The notes beneath the pieces are model-generated. The model was not told where the DNA came from. It did no database searches and saw only the letters and a program-made list of their open reading frames with translations. Below are positions 1 through 8,309 of a stretch of 36,722 nucleotides of DNA, piece after piece. How positions within the stretch are numbered: position 1 is the first letter of the stretch; each line of letters starts with the position of its first letter. The translations under genes and the position numbers were made by a program. The DNA comes from an uncultured Gammaproteobacteria bacterium. GTDB taxonomy: Bacteria; Patescibacteriota; Patescibacteriia; Patescibacteriales; UBA12465. The stretch spans positions 1 to 36,722 of the forward strand of contig CAZLGE010000003.1 of NCBI GenBank assembly GCA_964559375.1. Direction: 5' to 3'.

Positions 1-66
1 AACATTCTTGGCTGAAAAGACGAGAATTAAAGATATCCCGATGATTAAAAATGATATTCTCTTCAT
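1..66 (-). CDS. Partial CDS (5' end only, continues off the left edge) with a hydrophobic N-terminus
   Basis: ATG at 66..64 on the minus strand, 3 nt after the stop of the DUF134 gene. It reads MKRISFLIIGISLILVFSAKNV up to the window edge, which looks like a signal peptide or TM segment. Too short to assign a family. Confidence 0.35.
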   Translation of the reverse strand, partial: MKRISFLIIGISLILVFSAKNV

Positions 67-69
67 ATT

Positions 70-345
70 TTATTTTATGATTTTCATTGCCTTGCCATTG
101 ATAAGAGCATCGGCAACTTTTTTGTTGGCCGAGTAAAGAATTCTTTGGTATGTGCTGGGCGAGGTTTGCATTTTTTTTGCCGCCTCTTTCTGGTCAAGAT
201 TATTCAGGTGTCGCAAACGGTATGACTCCATTTCTTCTACCGTCAATTCAATGATTTCTAGATTCCTCATGGGAATTCCCTGGGGTTTGAAATAAGTCAC
301 TGCGGGATCGAATTCAACCCGGCGGCAAAGTTTCGGCCTGGGCAT
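70..345 (-). CDS. DUF134/UPF0251-family small DNA-binding protein (sigma region-4-like HTH)
   Basis: 91 aa starting with ATG. MPRPKLCRRV...F.P.G... followed by LTVEEMESYRLRHLNNLDQKEAAKKMQTSPSTYQRIL is the typical UPF0251 N-terminal motif plus HTH. Confidence 0.85.
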   Translation of the reverse strand: MPRPKLCRRVEFDPAVTYFKPQGIPMRNLEIIELTVEEMESYRLRHLNNLDQKEAAKKMQTSPSTYQRILYSANKKVADALINGKAMKIIK

Positions 346-385
346 GTATATTAAAAATAATTATAAATTTGCTGTCGAATTTCTA

Positions 386-425
386 TAAAAGAAAGCGTTC
401 CGGCCCCTTTAAACGAAGAGGCCGG
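386..425 (-). terminator. Candidate intrinsic terminator after the DUF5320 gene
   Basis: In the minus-strand RNA, 425..400 folds into a 10-bp stem (ccggcctctt/aaggggccgg, one G-U pair) with a 6-nt loop. A T-rich tract (ctttctttt) follows after a 5-nt gap, so the U-tract is imperfect. Confidence 0.4.
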
Positions 426-440
426 CTTTAGCACCTTCTT

Positions 441-683
441 TTATTCTTGGCTTTTTAGAGACTTTTGTTCAGTTTTGACCGCCTCAAGATCGGCTAAGAG
501 GGCTTTTTCTTCTTCTTTCAGAGCTTTCAAGCGATCAGCCGGAGATAGATTAACGTTAAATCCCCCCCTGCCCATCAACCGTCTTCCGCACCAGAACATT
601 CTTTCTCCGCTGGCGCAGCGCCCTAACCCTCGGCCGGTTTGTGGTCCTTGGCCCATTGGTCCGGTCTTATTCATGTTAGGCAT
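441..683 (-). CDS. DUF5320-family protein (Gly-rich N-terminus, C-terminal coiled coil)
   Basis: 80 aa. MPNMNKTGPMGQGPQTGRGLGRC matches the characteristic DUF5320 N-terminal P-x-G-T-G-P-x-G-x-G-P-x-T-G-R-G-x-G-x-C signature. The C-terminus, LKALKEEEKALLADLEAVKTE, is coiled-coil-like. Confidence 0.8.
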   Translation of the reverse strand: MPNMNKTGPMGQGPQTGRGLGRCASGERMFWCGRRLMGRGGFNVNLSPADRLKALKEEEKALLADLEAVKTEQKSLKSQE

Positions 684-742
684 ATATTTAAGATTAGTGA
701 TTATTATACAGGCAACTCGACCTTTATTTATTGTCTATTATG

Positions 743-771
743 AGTATATACCCATAATGACTACGTGTCAA
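743..771 (-). promoter_or_regulatory. Sigma-70-like promoter for the DUF5320/DUF134 genes, with the -35 box inside a palindrome
   Basis: The minus strand reads TTGACA (771..766), a 17-nt spacer, then TATACT (748..743), about 55 nt upstream of the ATG at 683. The -35 hexamer lies inside the inverted repeat ACGTGT-ca-ACACGT at 763..776. Confidence 0.5.
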
Positions 772-937
772 CACGTTTTGCCTGTTTTTTGATTAAACTA
801 ATGACCCTGTTGAAATTTATTAAATAGTACGACTTAGCGTTTTTTTGTCGATCAAGAGGATGTTCCTCGTATTTTGGATGAAAACGTGCCTGTCCCGGTA
901 GCCATCGTTTGAGAGTTCGTTTGATGAGGCGCCAATT

Positions 938-965
938 AAAAACTCCGGTTTTGGCCGGAGTTTTT
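938..965 (-). terminator. Intrinsic (bidirectional-looking) terminator after the CaCA exchanger gene
   Basis: aaaaa-ctccgg-ttttgg-ccggag-ttttt: a 6-bp GC-rich stem flanked by an A-run and a T-run, 18 nt downstream of the stop at 983. Confidence 0.6.
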
Positions 966-982
966 AAGTTGGTAAGTTTAGG

Positions 983-1927
983 CTAGAGATGGAGCGGATC
1001 AGAACGGAATTGGAGGATCATAAAAAGAAGATAAACGGCCAAGAGAGCAATACCTTCCCAGCGGGTGAGCCTCTTGCCACTGCGATAAAAGATCAGGAGC
1101 AGGATTGCAAGCGCAATTAAAAAGATGAGTGTGACCCAGTAATTATAATTGTTATTGAAAGTAAAAGTTTTGATAGTCACCAGAACGCCGATCATCAGGA
1201 CGTTGGCGGCCGATGAGCCGAGCAGATTACTGAAAGATAGTTCTTTGTCGCGACGGCGCCAGGAAGCGATCGCTACAGTCAGTTCCGGTAGGTTGGTGCC
1301 GATCGGAAAGAAGAGTAAGCCGATCAGGAAAGGAGAAAGTTTGTACTGTTGGAGTAAGTCTCCGGTCATATTAATGATGAAATGGGAGGTGAGCAATATG
1401 AGGACTATGCCGCCGAGGACGATTAGCGTTTCGCGGACGACCTTAGTCTCGTTGACAAGAGCGATCTTTAAGCTGAACATCTGGTGATTGAAATGGTAAA
1501 GGCGAGCCATTAGCATGAAGTAAAGGATGATTAAAAAGATGCCGTCCACATAGTTCAAGCTGCCTTTTAGGGCGAGTGCCAGGGGCATGATAAGGTAGCC
1601 GAAACACAGTAGTAGATAGCTCAGGCGGCCGTCATTAGTGATCTCCTTATTCAGGATAATGCCGATTCCTAAGATTAAAGAAAACATTACGATTATACCG
1701 CCGAGTAGATTGCCGATTGACAGACCCTGGACATTGCCGATCATCGCATTGATGGCAATTGCTCCTTCTGGAAAAGAAGTTAGAAGACCCAGAACTAGCC
1801 CCAGGAGAAAAATTGGCAAGCCGAGCTTGACCGCCATGACCCTAAGGTTTTTGGCAACCTGGTCAGCGGACAGGCTGAGGATTGCGAAGAGGATGACAAG
1901 CAAGCTGAAGGAGACGAGGACAGGCAT
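983..1927 (-). CDS. Na+/Ca2+ (cation/Ca2+) exchanger, CaCA/YrbG-like membrane protein
   Basis: 314 aa and polytopic. Two alpha-repeat signatures are present: GNLLGG in the first half and GTNLPELTVAIASW ... GSSAANVL in the second. Confidence 0.85.
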   Translation of the reverse strand: MPVLVSFSLLVILFAILSLSADQVAKNLRVMAVKLGLPIFLLGLVLGLLTSFPEGAIAINAMIGNVQGLSIGNLLGGIIVMFSLILGIGIILNKEITNDGRLSYLLLCFGYLIMPLALALKGSLNYVDGIFLIILYFMLMARLYHFNHQMFSLKIALVNETKVVRETLIVLGGIVLILLTSHFIINMTGDLLQQYKLSPFLIGLLFFPIGTNLPELTVAIASWRRRDKELSFSNLLGSSAANVLMIGVLVTIKTFTFNNNYNYWVTLIFLIALAILLLIFYRSGKRLTRWEGIALLAVYLLFMILQFRSDPLHL

Positions 1928-1998
1928 GATTGATGGTAATTAGTGTTTTATATTTCTACTTTACCTGATTTGCCGAGGTTTTGTCCATCCCCGGACAT

Positions 1999-2029
1999 AA
2001 AAAACAGCCCCGACCGCGGGGCTGTTTTT
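1999..2029 (-). terminator. Intrinsic terminator after the 547-aa membrane protein gene
   Basis: aaaaaa-cagccccg-accg-cggggctg-ttttt: a perfect 8-bp GC-rich stem and 4-nt loop, with A- and T-runs on either side. It lies 22 nt downstream of the stop at 2051. Confidence 0.7.
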
Positions 2030-2050
2030 AATCTGTTGAGATGAGCGGGA

Positions 2051-3694
2051 TTATCTTAATATCGATGGAGCCGGTTCGGTAGACGGAGCTGTTTCTGACA
2101 TGATAATTGGCTGATCGACGCCGCGGCCGTCAATCGGCAGAGGCCGGATCTGTGGTTGTTTATTCAGTTCATCGAGCATTTCTTTGACGAGCGGGACGAT
2201 GACCATGCGCGGGCCGTAATACATGTCGGACGGTGGGTTTATAATTGGGAAGATTAGAGACGGCACCAGGAGTTCATCGTTACGGCCGCCCGTGTAGTGC
2301 CAGAGCTGTACGTAGGTACGCTCCGGCGTACCGAGTTCTAGAGTGTTGATATTTTCATTACCGCCGAACCAACCATGGTTCCAGCCGCCGTTTTCTGCCG
2401 CTTTTATGATGCTTTCGGCAGAAGTCTCTAATTCATAAGAAGATGACTGGTAGCGGTAAGGGGCCAGGCCGCTTAGGCCTGAGGCGGCCTTCTGGAGCAG
2501 ATTGATCGTTACCCGTAGTCCGGTGTAGGAACCGCTCTGATCGCGGACCGGTTCGCCGTCGAGAAGGAACGGATAGATAACGGTCGAGTATTCAGGGATA
2601 TAGAAGTTATTTTTGTCCGGCATCTGGGCGTATACTTCGCGCCAGGCGTTATCTACTTGCGGTTCGCCGTAATGCTCACGACTTATTTTGTGTTCGGATA
2701 AGAATTTGTCAGCTAAAGCAATCAGCTCATTATCGGCTGGCACATCCGACAATTGTAGACGGAAGCGGTCCCAGCAGGCCTGGTCGCCATTACATGATTC
2801 GCGTTCCATGATGCGCCATTTCTCCCAGTTTTCGGAGATGTAGATATTATCTTCGTTGAAGTCAAAGTTGACCATCAGCCCCTTATCCTTATCTTCAACA
2901 AGCGAGAGATTGGTCGCTCTGAGGTTACTGAATGTGCTCAGATCAAGTTCGGACAGGTTCAAGCCGCGGACCAGGTTAGCGAGCGCCCGCCCGGATTCCC
3001 CGTCGCCCTTTAGGCGTCGGTAGACGCTAACAGCAGCTTCACCCAGTTCGAGCGGAGCGCCGGTATATTTATATTTGTAAGAGAAGTAAGGAGCGATCAT
3101 TTTTGACTCGACAGCCAGATCGTTGGAAATGATGCTAGCTGTGCCGTCACTCCCGCTTTGGGAACGGGCCGCTAAGGCGCCACTTTCTGCACCGCCGCCT
3201 AGTCCCAGAGGAGCTGGCGTGCCGGCGGCTAAATTACTGCCGTCTCCGCCGGCATTATTAGCGCTGTTACTTAGTAAGGCCAAGCTTCCGAATGCTCCGG
3301 CTGGAAGCTGGCTGATTGTCTCGATAGAACCGCCTGGAGTCTTCAGGCCGGGGCGGAGGACGGTCGTTGCCAGGATGATCACGACCGCCATGACGGCCAC
3401 AGATCCGACGGCGAAATAAATTTTTTTATTCATAAGATTAATATTAAATGATTTGGACTTATTTGTTTGATCTTGCGGCGGGGCGATCGGCTTGACTGTT
3501 CCGTACGCGTTAGCCGGTGTTTTACTTAGCAATTGTATTTTTAACTGGGCCGCAAAAGCAGGCTCGAATTTCGTATCCGGCTTCAGGTCCGACATCCGCG
3601 CGATGAGCTGGCAAAGAGCTGCTTCATGTTCTTTTAGTTCCGGTTCCAGACGGTATAGTTCCGCGAGTATGTTGCGTAGTTCGGTGCTAGTCAT
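2051..3694 (-). CDS. Single-pass membrane protein with a large extracytoplasmic domain; putative anti-sigma partner of the upstream ECF sigma (inferred from context only)
   Basis: 547 aa. It has a short helical N-terminal cytoplasmic segment, one TM (IYFAVGSVAVMAVVIILATTVL), a Gly/Ala/Ser-rich linker, and a C-terminal domain of about 350 aa with no motif I recognise. Its ATG at 3694 lies 4 nt after the sigma gene stop at 3699. Confidence 0.55.
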   Translation of the reverse strand: MTSTELRNILAELYRLEPELKEHEAALCQLIARMSDLKPDTKFEPAFAAQLKIQLLSKTPANAYGTVKPIAPPQDQTNKSKSFNINLMNKKIYFAVGSVAVMAVVIILATTVLRPGLKTPGGSIETISQLPAGAFGSLALLSNSANNAGGDGSNLAAGTPAPLGLGGGAESGALAARSQSGSDGTASIISNDLAVESKMIAPYFSYKYKYTGAPLELGEAAVSVYRRLKGDGESGRALANLVRGLNLSELDLSTFSNLRATNLSLVEDKDKGLMVNFDFNEDNIYISENWEKWRIMERESCNGDQACWDRFRLQLSDVPADNELIALADKFLSEHKISREHYGEPQVDNAWREVYAQMPDKNNFYIPEYSTVIYPFLLDGEPVRDQSGSYTGLRVTINLLQKAASGLSGLAPYRYQSSSYELETSAESIIKAAENGGWNHGWFGGNENINTLELGTPERTYVQLWHYTGGRNDELLVPSLIFPIINPPSDMYYGPRMVIVPLVKEMLDELNKQPQIRPLPIDGRGVDQPIIMSETAPSTEPAPSILR

Positions 3695-3698
3695 ATGT

Positions 3699-4289
3699 TT
3701 ATTGTTTAACTGTCAGAGATAAGAGGCCGGGCCAGATCAGGAGCAAGAAAGACAGAGGAATCTTGGCTTTCAGACGGACAAGCGCCCGTCCGAAGGCCAT
3801 TTTTACAGCGCCTTCCTGTTGTCTGAGCTGTAGAGCAATTTCTTTAAAAGGCAGGTCCAGCCAGAGACGAAGAATAATGATTTCCCGTTCGCGACTTTTA
3901 AGGCTGCGCAGCCCTTCTCTGATGGTGTCCAGTCTCAGTCGGTCATCAAGTTCTTTAATAAAGTCGCAGTCGTCGGTCAGATCCCAACAGTCATCGATAT
4001 CGATGAGATTCTTTTGTCGTCGATAATAATCGATGACGGCGTGTCGGGCGATGGTATAAAGCCAGGCGGGGAAGCTGTCACCCTGGAACTGGGAGATATT
4101 TTTCCAAGCCTTCATGAAAACTTCGCTCGTGATATCCTCAGCAGTATCCCGGTGCATCGTCTTATAATATATGAAGCTGTAGATTTTTTTAATGTAGACA
4201 TCATAAAGCTGCCCGAACGCGGAGGAATTGCCTCCCTGAGCCTCGCGAACCAGATTAAGTTCGTGTGTCGATTCTAAGATTTTGGCCAT
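3699..4289 (-). CDS. ECF-type sigma-70 family RNA polymerase sigma factor
   Basis: 196 aa. Region 2 is present (FGQLYDVYIKKIYSFIYYK...AEDITSEVFMKAW, WLYTIARHAVIDYYRR), as is region 4.2 (REREIIILRLWLDLPFKEIALQLRQQEGAVKMAFGRALVRLK). It ends in an unusual hydrophobic 17-aa tail, PLSFLLLIWPGLLSLTV. Confidence 0.9.
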   Translation of the reverse strand: MAKILESTHELNLVREAQGGNSSAFGQLYDVYIKKIYSFIYYKTMHRDTAEDITSEVFMKAWKNISQFQGDSFPAWLYTIARHAVIDYYRRQKNLIDIDDCWDLTDDCDFIKELDDRLRLDTIREGLRSLKSREREIIILRLWLDLPFKEIALQLRQQEGAVKMAFGRALVRLKAKIPLSFLLLIWPGLLSLTVKQ

Positions 4290-4396
4290 AGTCTTACATC
4301 TATTATATCAGACGTAGGTTCGGGGAAAAAGTAACAGGAATATGGACGGACGGTCATTTTTCTGCTATCATTCCATATCAGCCTCTCAAAAAGCTT

Positions 4397-4636
4397 ATGA
4401 ACCCGTTTCTCAAATACCTGGCTCGTTATAAAAAAACCCTGATCGGGGCGCTTATTCTGGCAGCGGTCAATCAGATTTTTCCTCTAGTCACTCGCATCGG
4501 TGAAGGTGGGCTAAAGTTTTCGGGTGGCAAAAAACGGCTTTTGGCCATCGCGCGCGGTGGTTATGATGATCTGCTTAAGGCCGGTTCACTTTATACAGCC
4601 CTGTGGCGCCAGCAACAGGCGCAGCAAATTTTATGA
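4397..4636 (+). pseudogene. In-frame relic of an ABC exporter (MsbA/multidrug type) collapsed to 79 codons
   Basis: The ORF joins three recognisable pieces. The first is a TMD N-terminus (LKYLARYKKTLIGALILAAVNQIFPL). The second is a degenerate ABC signature (IGEGGLKFSGGKKRLLAIARG, compare LSGGQ(K/R)QR(I/L)AIARA). The third is the typical C-terminal tail (GGYDDLLKAGSLYTALWRQQ). The Walker A, Q-loop, Walker B and about 500 aa are missing. Confidence 0.55.
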
Positions 4637-5670
4637 GATATCGCCTCTATACCACTTCCCACCAGGCTTGGGATGGAATGTTCAAAGCGATGGCGACGGC
4701 TGTCAGCTCTATCTATATAGAGATGTATACCTTTTTGGATGACACCGAGAAAACGCATGATTTTTTAACGTTGCTCAAGGATAAGGCCCGGTCCGGAGTG
4801 GAAGTTGTGGTCATCGCCGATGTTTATGGCAGCCTGTCGCTGCGTAGTGCGGCGGTGAAGGGACTGCGCGAAGCCGGTGCCGAATTTTTTTATTTCAGTC
4901 GTTGGTTTCGGCGCACACATCGTAAGATCCTGATTATCGATAATAAGATCGCTTTTTTGGGCGGAGTCAACATCGTTGAAGAAACGCGGCATTGGTTCGA
5001 CTTGCAGATCGAACTGCGTGGTCGTATTATTTTGCCCATTCTTCGTTCCTTCGCTTACGCTTACGAGATGGTTGGCGGGAAAAAGGATTCGATTCTCCAT
5101 CATCGGCGTCTGGCATTTATACCGCGCATCAAATCCTGGATTACCGACAATCTGCCGGGTACAGCACGCAAATACTATCTCAATGATTATTACAAAAAAA
5201 GAATAATCGCCGCCAAGCGATCGCTTCGGATAGTGACGCCCTACCTGTTACCGCCGCGTTGGCTGATTGCGCTTTTAGATGACGCTTGTCGTCGCGGTGT
5301 GAGCGTGGAGATCATGGTGCCAAATGATACGGATATCAAGGTTGTCAATAAGGTTAATTATCTCAATGCCTGTCGGCTGGCCGCTCTAGGCGTTCGCTTC
5401 TACCTGCTCCCGATGATGAACCACGCCAAGATTATGCTGATCGATGGCGAGGAGGGCGTGATCGGCTCTCAGAATATGGATGTCCTATCCTTCAATTGGA
5501 ATATTGAAGTCGGTGTTTTTTTCCGGCAGAAAAAACTTGTTCAGGATTTGGAAAAAATCACTGAGCACTGGAAGAAGGCGTCGATTGATTTCTCAGCGGC
5601 CAAGCAGAAGATTACCATTGGTGATCGGTTTTTGATTGCCGTATTGAAACTTTTCTATCCTATTTTCTAA
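4633..5670 (+). CDS. Phospholipase D / cardiolipin-synthase-like protein with two HKD motifs
   Basis: The two HKD motifs are HRKILIIDNKIAFLGGVNI and HAKIMLIDGEEGVIGSQNM. I prefer the ATG at 4633 (MRYRLYTTSHQAW...) to the GVG start at 4603 given in the track. The ATG overlaps the relic's stop as ATGA. Confidence 0.85.
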   Translation: MRYRLYTTSHQAWDGMFKAMATAVSSIYIEMYTFLDDTEKTHDFLTLLKDKARSGVEVVVIADVYGSLSLRSAAVKGLREAGAEFFYFSRWFRRTHRKILIIDNKIAFLGGVNIVEETRHWFDLQIELRGRIILPILRSFAYAYEMVGGKKDSILHHRRLAFIPRIKSWITDNLPGTARKYYLNDYYKKRIIAAKRSLRIVTPYLLPPRWLIALLDDACRRGVSVEIMVPNDTDIKVVNKVNYLNACRLAALGVRFYLLPMMNHAKIMLIDGEEGVIGSQNMDVLSFNWNIEVGVFFRQKKLVQDLEKITEHWKKASIDFSAAKQKITIGDRFLIAVLKLFYPIF

Positions 5671-5672
5671 TC

Positions 5673-5701
5673 TTGTTTTTTTGTGAGCTTTCCGCTATAA
5701 T
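5673..5701 (+). promoter_or_regulatory. Candidate sigma-70-like promoter for uvrA
   Basis: TTGTTT (5673..5678), 17-nt spacer, TATAAT (5696..5701), 33 nt upstream of the uvrA ATG. The -10 is perfect and the -35 is weak. Confidence 0.4.
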
Positions 5702-5733
5702 ATCTGCGATATTAATTATTATTTCTATGACTT

Positions 5734-8223
5734 ATGGCTGGTAATTCCATCAAGATCAAGGGCGCCCGCACTAATAATCTTAAAGATGTCAGTCTGGATC
5801 TGCCGCGGGACAGCCTGGTGGTAATTACTGGTTTATCCGGTTCAGGCAAGTCTTCACTGGCGTTCGATACTGTCTATGCCGAAGGGCAGCGCCGTTACGT
5901 CGAATCTCTCTCGTCTTATGCCCGTCAATTCGTCGGCCTCATGGACAAGCCCGATGTCGATCTGATCGAAGGTTTGTCACCCGCTATTTCCATTGATCAG
6001 CGCACCGTCGGCCATAATCCGCGTTCCACGGTCGGTACGATTACCGAAATTTATGATTATTTACGTCTTCTCTACGCTCGTGCCGGCGTTCCCAACTGTT
6101 TGCATTGTGGCCGGAAGCTGAAGAAGGAGGCCGAGCAGAAGAAGACCGTCAAGATCGTCCGCGGCCGGGAGAGCAAGACGACTAAGAGAGAGACATCCTT
6201 TGTCTGCGCGGCTTGTGAATATCGGCGCGCCGAGCCCGAGCCCCGGGATTTTTCGTTCAACTCCGCCCGCGGCGCTTGCCCGGACTGTGGCGGTCTGGGG
6301 ACCCAGTCGGAAGTGGATCCGGAACTAGTCTTTAATCATAATCTGAGCATCCCTGAAGGGGCGCTTAAACCTCTATCGCACGCTAACTTGAGCGCTAGCG
6401 GCCTGCTTGATGAACTTGAGTCACTGGCCGAGCGCCACAATTTTAGTCTGCGGCCGGCCATTAAAGATCTCGCGCCGGAAGAGAAAGAATTGATTTTGAA
6501 GGGCGATCAGGAATTTAGCGGTTTGCTTGCTAAGCTAACTGAAAAGTATCGCGAAACAAAATCTAGCTTCGTTAAACAGGAGATTGAAAAGGCGATGCGG
6601 ACGGCTGTCTGTTTGGGTTGCCATGGTGCCCGCCTGCGCTCCGAAGCTTTGGCCGTGAAGATTGGTGGTCTGTCGATCATCGACGTGACCGACCGCAGCC
6701 TTGAGGATCTCGCGACTCTTTTGGAATCCTGGTTAAAAGACAGTACTCTTCTTAACGGCCGAGCGGCCATCATGGAACCAATTATCAAGGAAGTCCTGAA
6801 GAACCTGGTTTTCTTAGCCAATGTCGGTTTAGGGTATTTGACCCTCAGCCGTTCGGCGTCGACCCTGTCCGGGGGCGAAGCACAGCGTATCCGGCTGGCT
6901 TCGCAGGTCGGGTCGACCTTAAGCGGGGTTTTATATGTGCTTGATGAGCCGTCAATCGGCTTGCATCAGCGCGATAATGATAAACTGATAGAGACCTTAA
7001 AAAAACTCCGTGACAATGGTAATACTGTCATCGTTGTGGAGCACGATGCCGCGACCATGCTAGCAGCCGATTGGCTTGTGGATATCGGCCCAGGAGCAGG
7101 TGATGCAGGGGGCCGTGTCTTATATGCCGGCGCGCCCGAAGGGATACGGAAGGTGGCCGAGTCTTTGACCGGTGCTTACTTGGCTGGCAGGAAAGCCATT
7201 AAGATGCCGGAACGATTCCGGCCTGGCAACGGTCAGGTGATTTGCATTAAAGGAGCGACCGAACATAATTTGAAAAATATTGATGTTGAGATTCCTCTGG
7301 GCAAGCTGGTGGCGATTACCGGCGTATCAGGCTCAGGGAAGTCCACGCTCATGAGTGATATTCTAGCGAACGCTCTGAGCCGCAAGTTTTATCGTGCTAA
7401 GGTTGAACCCGGAGACCATAAGCTCCTGACTGGGCTTGAGTATATCGACAAGGTGATCGATATTGATCAATCACCGATCGGTCGGACGCCGCGCTCGAAT
7501 CCCGCTACCTATACCGGCCTGTTCACTTATATCCGCGATCTGTTCGCGGCTCTGCCGGAAGCGCGAGTTAAGGGTCTGGGCGCCGGTCATTTTTCTTTCA
7601 ATGTTCCCGGTGGCCGCTGTGAAAATTGTTCGGGCGACGGGGTGATCAAGGTGGAAATGCAGTTTTTGTCTGATGTTTATTTAACCTGTGAGGTTTGCGG
7701 CGGGCGTAAGTTCCAGCCGAAGGTTCTTGATGTTCAGTATCAGGGCAAGGATATTTCCGAAGTGTTGGAGATGACCGTGGCTGAAGCCAAGGATTTTTTC
7801 AAGAATCATTCAGCCATCAGTCAGAAACTCAAGACTCTCGATGAGGTTGGTTTGGGATATATCAAGCTTGGCCAGAGTGCCACGACTTTTTCCGGCGGCG
7901 AAGCACAGCGCATTAAGCTGGCCACGGAACTCTCTCGTCGGGCCACCGGCAAGACCCTCTATATATTAGATGAGCCGACCACTGGCCTACATTTTGCCGA
8001 TATTGACCGTTTGCTCAAAGTTTTGAACATGCTGGTCGATCAGGGTAATACTGTCCTTATTATCGAGCATAATCTCGATGTCATTAAATCCGTGGATTGG
8101 ATAATCGATCTTGGCCCGGAGGGCGGTGACAGCGGCGGTTATTTGGTTGCGGTCGGTACGCCGCCGCAGGTGGCGGCGACGGATAAGAGCTATACGGGAC
8201 AATACTTGAAGAAAGTCATCTAA
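5734..8223 (+). CDS. uvrA: Excinuclease ABC subunit A-family protein, short form lacking the UvrB-binding domain
   Basis: 829 aa. Two ABC modules are present: Walker [10 protein letters not shown] and GVSGSGKST, and signatures [12 protein letters not shown] and [12 protein letters not shown]. Zn-finger cysteines are CPDC, CLGC and CENC...CEVC. The segment between CLHC and CAAC is only about 40 aa. Confidence 0.9.
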   Translation: MAGNSIKIKGARTNNLKDVSLDLPRDSLVVITGLSGSGKSSLAFDTVYAEGQRRYVESLSSYARQFVGLMDKPDVDLIEGLSPAISIDQRTVGHNPRSTVGTITEIYDYLRLLYARAGVPNCLHCGRKLKKEAEQKKTVKIVRGRESKTTKRETSFVCAACEYRRAEPEPRDFSFNSARGACPDCGGLGTQSEVDPELVFNHNLSIPEGALKPLSHANLSASGLLDELESLAERHNFSLRPAIKDLAPEEKELILKGDQEFSGLLAKLTEKYRETKSSFVKQEIEKAMRTAVCLGCHGARLRSEALAVKIGGLSIIDVTDRSLEDLATLLESWLKDSTLLNGRAAIMEPIIKEVLKNLVFLANVGLGYLTLSRSASTLSGGEAQRIRLASQVGSTLSGVLYVLDEPSIGLHQRDNDKLIETLKKLRDNGNTVIVVEHDAATMLAADWLVDIGPGAGDAGGRVLYAGAPEGIRKVAESLTGAYLAGRKAIKMPERFRPGNGQVICIKGATEHNLKNIDVEIPLGKLVAITGVSGSGKSTLMSDILANALSRKFYRAKVEPGDHKLLTGLEYIDKVIDIDQSPIGRTPRSNPATYTGLFTYIRDLFAALPEARVKGLGAGHFSFNVPGGRCENCSGDGVIKVEMQFLSDVYLTCEVCGGRKFQPKVLDVQYQGKDISEVLEMTVAEAKDFFKNHSAISQKLKTLDEVGLGYIKLGQSATTFSGGEAQRIKLATELSRRATGKTLYILDEPTTGLHFADIDRLLKVLNMLVDQGNTVLIIEHNLDVIKSVDWIIDLGPEGGDSGGYLVAVGTPPQVAATDKSYTGQYLKKVI

Positions 8224-8248
8224 TATTTACAACCCATAAGTGGTCCAC

Positions 8249-8281
8249 AAAAAACTCTTGATCTAGCTTCAAGAGTTTTTG
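8249..8281. terminator. Bidirectional intrinsic terminator between convergent uvrA and the IMPase-family gene
   Basis: aaaaactcttga (8250..8261), loop tctagct, tcaagagttttt (8269..8280). The 12-bp inverted repeat is perfect and includes the A/T runs. Confidence 0.7.
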
Positions 8282-8309
8282 GCTTTTTAGTGCCGGACAG
8301 CGGTCTATT

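Noticed and set aside
772-937. A possible small RNA or small ORFs in the 166-nt spacer between the DUF5320 promoter and the CaCA terminator, for example ATG ORFs of 8-12 codons and the short hairpin gagga-tgt-tcctc.
   Set aside because: The ORFs are tiny and lack a Shine-Dalgarno sequence. The hairpin has only a 5-bp stem. I saw no promoter-terminator pair defining a discrete unit.
4603-4632. The track start (GTG 4603) for the PLD-family gene.
   Set aside because: The first 10 codons (MAPATGAANF) overlap the ABC-relic ORF in another frame. The ATG at 4633 forms an ATGA stop/start overlap and yields a typical N-terminus.
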